In this document: positions 55,365 to 64,000 of the stretch, piece by piece
Numbering within the stretch: position 1 is the stretch's first letter
Layout: each line of letters starts with the position of its first letter
Assembly (NCBI GenBank): GCA_964016885.1
Contig: OZ024740.1
Coordinates: forward strand, 417,384,001 to 417,448,000
Length of the DNA: 64,000 nt
DNA from: Eledone cirrhosa
Lineage: Eukaryota
Reading direction: 5' to 3'
Notes under the pieces: generated by a model
Seen by the model: the letters and a program-made list of their open reading frames with translations, nothing else
What the model was told of the DNA's origin: nothing
Databases searched by the model: none
Translations under genes and position numbers: made by a program

Positions 55365-55436
55365 GATGTGTTGGTGTAAATGGTAGCACAGTGGTCAGGA
55401 TAACCAAAGATGTGGGTTCGACTCCCATGTACGTCA
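55365..55436 (+). pseudogene. tRNA-like cloverleaf (pseudo-tRNA / SINE head) inside fold-back repeat 55085-55520
   Basis: GATGTGT-TG-GTGT-AAATGGTA-GCAC-A-GTGGT-CAGGATA-ACCAA-AGAT-GTGGG-TTCGACT-CCCAT-GTACGTC-A; non-canonical anticodon loop (A at position 33). Confidence 0.65.
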
Positions 55437-56082
55437 ATACTCATCTTTTTCTATTGATCTGAGTGTTCTAAACCCCATTATCAGACTAAAATTTCTTTAG
55501 TCAAAAAATACGGTGAAAACTATTATATGTATATATATATGACACATATATATATATATATGACACTAACACTAATCATTGTAAACCTCATGAACTAAAT
55601 ATGGGGATAGTTAAGTTATTGTGAACATCTTATGTTCTGAGCAATGAAAATCCAATTAGAAATAATTATGCAGTGATGCATAGACAACTGTAATTCAATG
55701 ACTATTATTTTTAAGCCTTTTAGTAATAACAGGAGAGAACTTCAGACATGTTTCTGTCGTATTAGACCTCCCTAAAGAAGCATAGCAGTAATAATGAGAG
55801 AACGTGAAATATTATTATTATTATTATTATTATTTTTTAATCACTAAAGTTAATTACTAAGAAACGTCATCCACATGAGAAGAAAAGTTAAGTTTATATA
55901 ATTAAATGAACATTAAATATCTATAATCTTATTCTGCTACGGTCTACATGTATAATGTTTTAACTATGGAATGAAATCGAAGACTTAATCTATTATAAAT
56001 ACATTTCCTTTAATGTAGTCTGTAGGATAAGATGTACATAGGGACAATGCAGCAACAAGACAACAACATACAGAGGAGAGAC

Positions 56083-56164
<82 letters not shown>

Positions 56165-56664
56165 TATATATATATATTGATTATATATGTTCTGGCTCGT
56201 TAATTTATTAACCTGCCATAGAACCACATTGGCATATGGTTGGATAATACATGTGTCCCTATATGTATTTTGCATGTAGGGATACATACTTTATTATTAT
56301 TAATCTCCCCGGGTCGAGATAACATTTTGGTCGTTTTGACTGCTGCTATTTCTAGTGGCAGTGGATTGACCTTTCCGCCTCTGCCTTCTATCTTTGCACA
56401 CGGCACTGGACAGAATTGCTTCTATATCATTCACTCTCATCTGGGGAACAATTTTGAATAGCGCCAGTTCGTAATTTGAACTCGGGAATTTTATATTCTC
56501 CGAGTGAAAAGAACCATCTGACGAGAGTCTTCCTTTTCAATGGTTATCCGCATGGATTATCCATTTATTTTGAGACTTGAAACCGTAGGGTAAGGGTAAC
56601 TACAGCAGGTACAGTGAATTTTTTAAAATTTATTTTAAAACTTTTTCTTATTTGCTAAACCTTG

Positions 56665-56732
<68 letters not shown>

Positions 56733-57389
56733 GTATTGAAGTGTCCGTTAAAAATTGAAAAAGTCATAGGAGTGAAGAGTGTTCTATGTAAGTACCAGAG
56801 GTAAATTTAATGTATAATAAACAATACAATATAATTACCTCATTACCAGAGGTTTCCCGAATAAGACGAATACGAAAAACGTCATATATATATATATAAC
56901 ATACATATCTTTACTTTCTTTATTCAATAGAAAATCTGAATTCTGACACCCCAGCGAACTAACCATATTCACTGAACCAGAACAATTCTCCCATCCAATT
57001 TCTCTTCACCATTATCTTTTGCTTGTCATAAATTCTCTAAAAAGGCTACAGAATAGATTTCCAAAAAAGGGCGCGAGAATTTAATAAAAACTTGTTCACG
57101 TGACAGCCATAATTTCATTTATAACCAATCAAATTACGTTTGTTAAAAAAAAAGCCTTCGTGAGCCCCTTTTTTTTAAGTAAAAAGAAATTCAAACACTC
57201 ATATATGAAAAAAACAACCTGTGACCCCCCCCCCCCCCACACACACACACACACACCACCACCAACCGGTAAAGGAACCAAATAAATATATATATATTTT
57301 TTTTTATTTCATATTTTTTTTTCTTTATACTTTCACTCGTGTAGGACACCTCGGTTATTTTTCATTTTGTAAAAAAAACCTCACTTTCT

Positions 57390-57448
<59 letters not shown>

Positions 57449-57459
57449 AGAATGAAATG

Positions 57460-58353
57460 AAATTTCATTTCTCACTCTTAGTACGGCAGTTACTTAAATG
57501 TAAGTATGTATGTATACGTACATACATATATGTATACAGACGTACAGTAGTATGTATATATATACATACATGCACACATATATACATGCCTGTATCGGTT
57601 TACCGAACATTTATTATAATGCTCGGTTTGTTTGTTTATAAACAAACAAACAGCCCGGATTACGCCGTACAGTGTTTAGGCAACCACGTCACCTTTTTGT
57701 TCAATACTGACACAGGAACGATGTACTAGTTTCAAGCTTATTAGCAATCGTCAGCATCGTATACCTTCCTGCCAGATGGTTGAACGTCTGAAAGTATATA
57801 CTTTCCTTATGCATATTAACGGCTGAGCAGCCTAATTTGCATATCGAGTGAGTTTAGTCGGCTGGGCGCACCGAAAACGATAAATATACGTCTGTATACA
57901 TATATGTATGTACGTATACATACTTATATTTAAGTAACAGCCGTACTAAGAGTGAGAAATGAAATTTCGTTTCATTTTTTCCGTTTATCGTTTTCGGTAC
58001 CCCGGCCGATTAACTCACTCGATATGCAAATTAGGCTGCTCAGCCGTTAATATGCATATGGAAAGTATATACTTTCAGACGTTCAATCATTTGGCAGGAA
58101 AGTATACGTTGCTGACGATAGCTAATAAACTTGAAACTAGTACAGCGTTCCTTTGTCAGTGTTGAACAAATGAGCAACGATGGCTGCTAGACACTGTACG
58201 GCTTAATTCGGGATGTTTGTTTACAAACACACCGAGCATTATAATAAATGTTCGGTGAATCCATACGTACATATATATATGTGTGCATGTATGTATATAT
58301 ATATATACACACTACTGTACGTCTGTATACATATATGTATGTACGTATACATA

Positions 58354-58360
<7 letters not shown>
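57460..58360. mobile_element. Nested fold-back element (family L), HHRs at 57718-57760 (-) and 58107-58147 (+)
   Basis: acgatg CTGACGA ttgct-aata-agctt GAAA ctag TA catcgt, and cgttg CTGACGA tagct-aata-aactt GAAA ctag TA cagcg. Confidence 0.8.
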
Positions 58361-58404
<44 letters not shown>

Positions 58405-58410
<6 letters not shown>

Positions 58411-58640
58411 TTATAAGCTTTCACCGTATTTTAGACTAAAGGAATTTCTAGCCTGATAGTGGGGTTCATAACCCTCGGAGAAATGGAAAAAGATGAGTTT
58501 TTCCATTTCTCCGAGGGTTATAAACCCCACTATCAGGCTAGAAATTCCTTTAGTCTAAAATACGGTGAAAGCTTATAATTTCTAATTTCTAATTTCAAAC
58601 TCGCGCACCGTTTCAAAAACATACTTACATGTTTACGTTT
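58405..58640. repeat. Perfect fold-back copy of the 55085-55520 family body
   Basis: ~90-bp arms centred near 58495; flanked by (TA)n. Confidence 0.8.
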
Positions 58641-59292
58641 ATAATTTGCTTGTAATATATATATATATATATATATAAATGGCATTACGGTTCGAGAAGC
58701 CTAAATTCCGTCTTGAGTGCTACATCATTTGTATGATATGGAAAATATTCCATCAATATTGCCTAAATGATGCTGACTTTGACAGAATATGGGCGTTCTT
58801 TCTTTTGTTAAAGAAGATTATAAACTACTTTAGTATGATCCCACTTTTTTCTGTCCATGAAGAAGCAAAAAGCTATGGTATATGTAACCTTTACCATATA
58901 TTTCACAGCCAAGCTAAAATTGTATGTTTATTTTAAAGAGATATACCTTAGATTTCAGTTGATTATATTGTCTTAAGAGTTGTTGTTTGTGACTCAAATA
59001 TTATTTCCTATCACGTAGAATACATAATTTAACAAGCTATCTATATGGCGACACTGACTGCTGTATACTAAAGTCAGCAATAGAATGAACATTTGAAAAT
59101 ATGTGAATTAAACGCCAGTCTGTCTACCATTAGCTGGCTACGAGATGCGACTGGCGCCAAATTATGCTTACGGAGTCTCGCGGGAATGGATGTTCGGTAT
59201 TCTATTTATGTGTGTGTGTATTATAAGTGAGTGCATAGTCACATACATACACATACACACACATACATACACATACACACACATACATACAT

Positions 59293-59324
<32 letters not shown>

Positions 59325-59387
59325 GTATGTTAAAATATATAATAGTGTGTATATCTATACATGTTCTATATATATATACCTATTACG

Positions 59388-59489
<102 letters not shown>

Positions 59490-59537
59490 TTACATATATA
59501 TATAGATATATAAAATATATATATGTATGTATGTATG

Positions 59538-59621
<84 letters not shown>

Positions 59622-59897
59622 CTTGTATATAGATACATAAAATATTCACATCAATATCTGTCTTCTCTTAAGAAAATGATGGTACTGAAACCGATGAGTT
59701 ACTTTGTTTGACATTGTAGACTTCTCACAGACGTGTTCTGAAATGTCTGGTTTCTTGGGCCACGAGGAATCTCATGCTAGGTGCTCGAACGTGGACTCAC
59801 AACACAAACAACCGTGAAACACATACCGCAAGTCATCTCGTCTAACACTCTAACAGTTCTGCCAATCCAACGACCTTCGTTGATAACTTATTTATCG

Positions 59898-62800
59898 ACA
59901 CAGCTCCGATATTACAGACATGTGGTTAGAATGTCTCAGGAAAGAGTCTCTGAATTCAGAGATCACAGCTCTGATACTACAGACATGTGGTTAGAATGTC
60001 TCAGGAAAGAATCTCTGAATTGAGAGATCACAGCTCTGATACTACAGACATGTGGTTAGAATGTCTCAGGAAAGAATCTCTGAATTGAGAGACCACAGCT
60101 CTGATATTACAGACATGTGGCTAGAATGTCTCAGGAAAGAATCTCTGAATTCAGAGATCACAGCTCTGATACTACAGACATGTGGTTAGAATGTCTCAGG
60201 AAAGAATCTCTGAATTCAGAGATCACAGCTCTGATACTACAGACATGTGGTTAGAATGTCTCAGGAAAGAATCTCTGAATTGAGAGACCACAGCTCTGAT
60301 ACTACAGACATGTGGTTAGAATGTCTCAGGAAAGAATCTCTGAATTGAGAGATCACAGCTCTGATATTACAGACATGTGGCTAGAATGTCTCAGGAAAGA
60401 ATCTCTGAATTCAGAGATCACAGCTCTGATACTACAGACATGTGGTTAGAATGTCTCAGGAAAGAATCTCTGAATTCAGAGATCACAGCTCTGATACTAC
60501 AGACATGTGGTTAGAATGTCTCAGGAAAGAATCTCTGAATTGAGAGATCACAGCTCTGATATTACAGACATGTGGCTAGAATGTCTCAGGAAAGAATCTC
60601 TGAATTGAGAGATCACAGCTCTGATATTACAGACATGTGGCTAGAATGTCTCAGGAAAGAATCTCTGAATTGAGAGACCACAGCTCCGATATTACTAGAC
60701 ATGTAGTTAGAATGTCTCAGGAAAGTGTCTCTGAATTGAGAGACCACAGCTCCGATATTACAGACATGTGGCTAGATGTGATATTACAGACATGTGGTTA
60801 GAATGTCTCAGGAAAGAGTCTCTGAATTGAGAGACAAGAGCTCTGATGTTACAGACATGAGGTTAGAATGTCTCAGGAAAGAGTCTCTGAATTGAGAGAC
60901 CACAGCTCTGATATTACAGACATGTGGTTAGAATGTCTCAGGAAAGAGTCTCTGAATTGAGAGACAACGGCTCTGATGTTACAGACATGTGGTTAGAATG
61001 TCTCAGGAAAGAGTCTCTGAATTGAGAGACCACAGCTCTGATATTACAGACATGTGGTTAGAATGTCTCAGGAAAGAATCTCTGAATTCAGAGATCACAG
61101 CTCTGATACTACAGACATGTGGTTAGAATGTCTCAGGAAAGAGTCTCTGATATTACAGACATGTGGTTAGAATGTCTCAGGAAAGAGTCTCTGAATAGAG
61201 AGACCACAGTTCTGAAACTACAGGCATGTGGTTAGAATGTCTCAGGAAAGAATCTCTGAATTGAGAGACCACAGATCTGATACTACAGACATGTGGTTAG
61301 AATGTCTCAGGAAAGAACCTCTGAATTGAGAGACCACAGCTCTGATACTACATTACGGACATGTGGCTAGAATGTCTCAGGAAAGAGTCTCTGAATAGAG
61401 AGACCACAGCTCTGAAACTACAGGCATGTAGTTAGAATGTCTCAGGAAAGAATCTCTGAATTGAGAGATCACAGCTCTGATACTACAGACATGTGGTTAG
61501 AATGTCTCAGGAAAGAACCTCTGAATTGAGAGACCACAGCTCTGATACTACATTACGGACATGTGGCTAGAATGTCTCAGGAAAGAGTCTCTGAATTGAG
61601 AGATCACAGCTCTGATATTACAGACATGTGGTTAGAATGTCTCAGGAAAGAATCTCTGAATTGAGAGATAACAGCTCTGATATTACAGACATGTGGTTAG
61701 AATGTCTCAGGAAAGAATCTCTGAATTGAGAGATCACAGCTCTGATATTACAGACATGTGGTTAGAATGTCTCAGGAAAGAGTCTCTGAATTGAGAGATC
61801 ACAGCTCTGATATTACAGACATGTGGCTAGAATGTCTCAGGAAAAAGTCTTTGAGGTGAGAGATCACAGCTCTGATATTACTAGACATGTGGTTAGAATG
61901 TCTCAAGAAAGAGTCTCTGAATTGAGAGACCACAGCTCTGATATTACGGACATGTGGCTAGAATGTCTCAGGAAAGAGTCTCTGAATTGAGAGATCACAG
62001 CTCTGATATTACTAGACATGCGGTTAGAATGTCTGAGGAAAGTGTCTCTGAATTGAGAGACCACAGCTCTGATATTACAGACATGTGGGTAGAATGTCTC
62101 AGGAAAGAACCTCTGAATTGAGAGACCACAGCTCTGATATTACAGACATGGGGTTAGAATGTCTCAGGAAGGAGTCTCTGAATTGAGAGATCACAGCTCT
62201 GATATTACAGGCATGAGGCTAGAATGTCTCAGGAAAGAATCTCTGAATTGAGAGACCACAGCTCTGATACTACAGACACGTGGTTAGAATGTCTCAGGAA
62301 AGAGTCTCTGAATTGAGAGACAACAGCTCTGATATTACAGACATGTGGTTAGAATGTCTCAGGAAAGAATCTCTGAATTGAGAGATAACAGCTCTGATAC
62401 TACAGACATGCGGTTAGAATGTCTCAAGAAAGAGTCTCTCAATTGAGAGACCACAGCTCTGATATTACAGACATGTGGGTAGATTGTCTCAGGAAAGAGT
62501 CTCTGAATTGAGAGACCACAGCTCTGATATTACAAACATGTGGTTAGAATGTCTCAGGAAAGAATCTCTGAATTGAGTGATCACAGCTATGATACTACAG
62601 ACATGTGGTTAGAATGTCTCAGCAAAGAACCTCTGAATTGAGAGACCACAGCTCTGATATTACAGACATGTGGTTAGAATGTCTCAGGAAAGAATCTTCG
62701 AATTGAGAGACCACAGATCTGATATTACAGACATGTGGTTAGAATGTCTCAGGAAAGAATCTCTGAATTGAGAGACCACAGCACTGTAACTACAGACATG

Positions 62801-64000
62801 TGGTTAGAATGTCTCAGGAAAGAGTCTCTGAATTGAGAAATCCCAACTCTGATGTTACAGACATGTGGTTATAATGTCTCAGGAAAGAGTCTCTGAATTG
62901 AGAGACCACAGCTCTGATATTACAGACATGTGGTTAGAATGTCTCAGGAAAGAATCTCTGAATTGAGAGATAACAGCTCTGATATTACAGACATGTGGTT
63001 AGAATGTCTCAGGAAAGAATCTCTGAATTGAGAGATCACAGCTCTGATATTACAGACATGTGGTTATAATGTCTCAGGAAAGAATCTCTGAATTGAGAGA
63101 TCACAGCTCTGATATAACAGACATGTGGCTAGAATGTCTCAGGAAAGAACCTCTGAATTGAGAGACCACAGCTCTGATATTACAGACATGTGGCTAGAAT
63201 GTCTCAAGAAAGAGTCTCTCAATTGAGAGACCACAGCTCTGATATTACAGATATGTGGCTAGAATGTCTCAGGAAAGAGTCTTTGAATTGAGAGACCACA
63301 GCTCTGATATTACAGGCATGTGGCTAGAATGTCTCAGGAAAGAATCTCTGAATTGAGAGATCACAGCTCTGATACTACAGACATGTGGTTAGAATGTCTC
63401 AGGAAAGAACCTCTGAATTGAGAGACCTCAGCTCTGATATTACAAACATGTGGTTAGAATGTCTCAGGAAAGAGTCTCTGAATTGAGAGACCACAGCTCT
63501 GATATTACAAAAATGTGGTTAGAATGTCTCAGGAAAGAGTCTCTGAATTGAGAGACCACAGCTCTGAAACTACAGACTTGTGGTTAGAATGTCTCTGTAA
63601 AGAATCTCTGAATTGAGAGATCACAGCTCTGATATTACGGACATGTGGCTAGAATGTCTCAGGAAAGAGTCTCTGAATTGAGAGATCACAGCTCTGATAT
63701 TACTAGACATGCGGTTAGAATGTCTGAGGAAAGTGTCTCTGAATTGAGAGACCACAGCTCTGATATTACAGACATGTGGGTAGAATGTCTCAGGAAAGAA
63801 CCTCTGAATTGAGAGACCACAGCTCTGATATTACAGACATGGGGTTAGAATGTCTCAGGAAGGAGTCTCTGAATTGAGAGATCACAGCTCTGATATTACA
63901 GGCATGAGGCTAGAATGTCTCAGGAAAGAATCTCTGAATTGAGAGACCACAGCTCTGATACTACAGACACGTGGTTAGAATGTCTCAGGAAAGAGTCTCT
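59898..64000. repeat. 65-bp satellite array running off the window end
   Basis: Monomer CACAGCTCTGATA(C/T)TACAGACATGTGGTTAGAATGTCTCAGGAAAGA(A/G)TCTCTGAATTGAGAGA(T/C); starts at 59964 and 60029. Confidence 0.97.

Noticed and set aside
55365-55436. Functional tRNA-Ser(GGA)
   Set aside because: A at position 33, short variable arm, mismatched anticodon stem, and located in a repeat

Overview
AT-rich eukaryotic animal DNA, dense in (TA)n, (CA)n, (GA)n and (ATGT)n microsatellites. The SINE and LINE repertoire is what I recall for octopus/cephalopod genomes (inference, not verified). I cannot support any host protein-coding gene, and most ORF-track entries are microsatellite translations. The window is dominated by Penelope-like retroelements (PLEs: RT plus C-terminal GIY-YIG endonuclease). 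One is a near-complete copy with a ~1.7-kb inverted duplication (5339-10479); there are several GIY-YIG fragments. Many short PLE 3'-end/pLTR fragments sit in (TA)n tracts, often as fold-back palindromes. By eye I can fold about 25-30 type-I hammerhead ribozyme (HHR) motifs, intact or degenerate, from roughly a dozen unrelated families, including recurrent non-canonical cores. One family survives only as half-hammerheads folded back at stem II, and its post-cleavage sequence appears to have seeded a 45-bp satellite. Also present: a decayed RTE LINE with a PHD-like finger inside ORF2, bipartite non-autonomous RTE derivatives with (ATGT)n tails, tRNA-derived SINEs, non-autonomous Helitrons, a hAT-like MITE, a tRNA-like circularly permuted repeat, and a 65-bp satellite with higher-order structure. 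All folds and alignments were done by eye, so coordinates may be off by a few bases.
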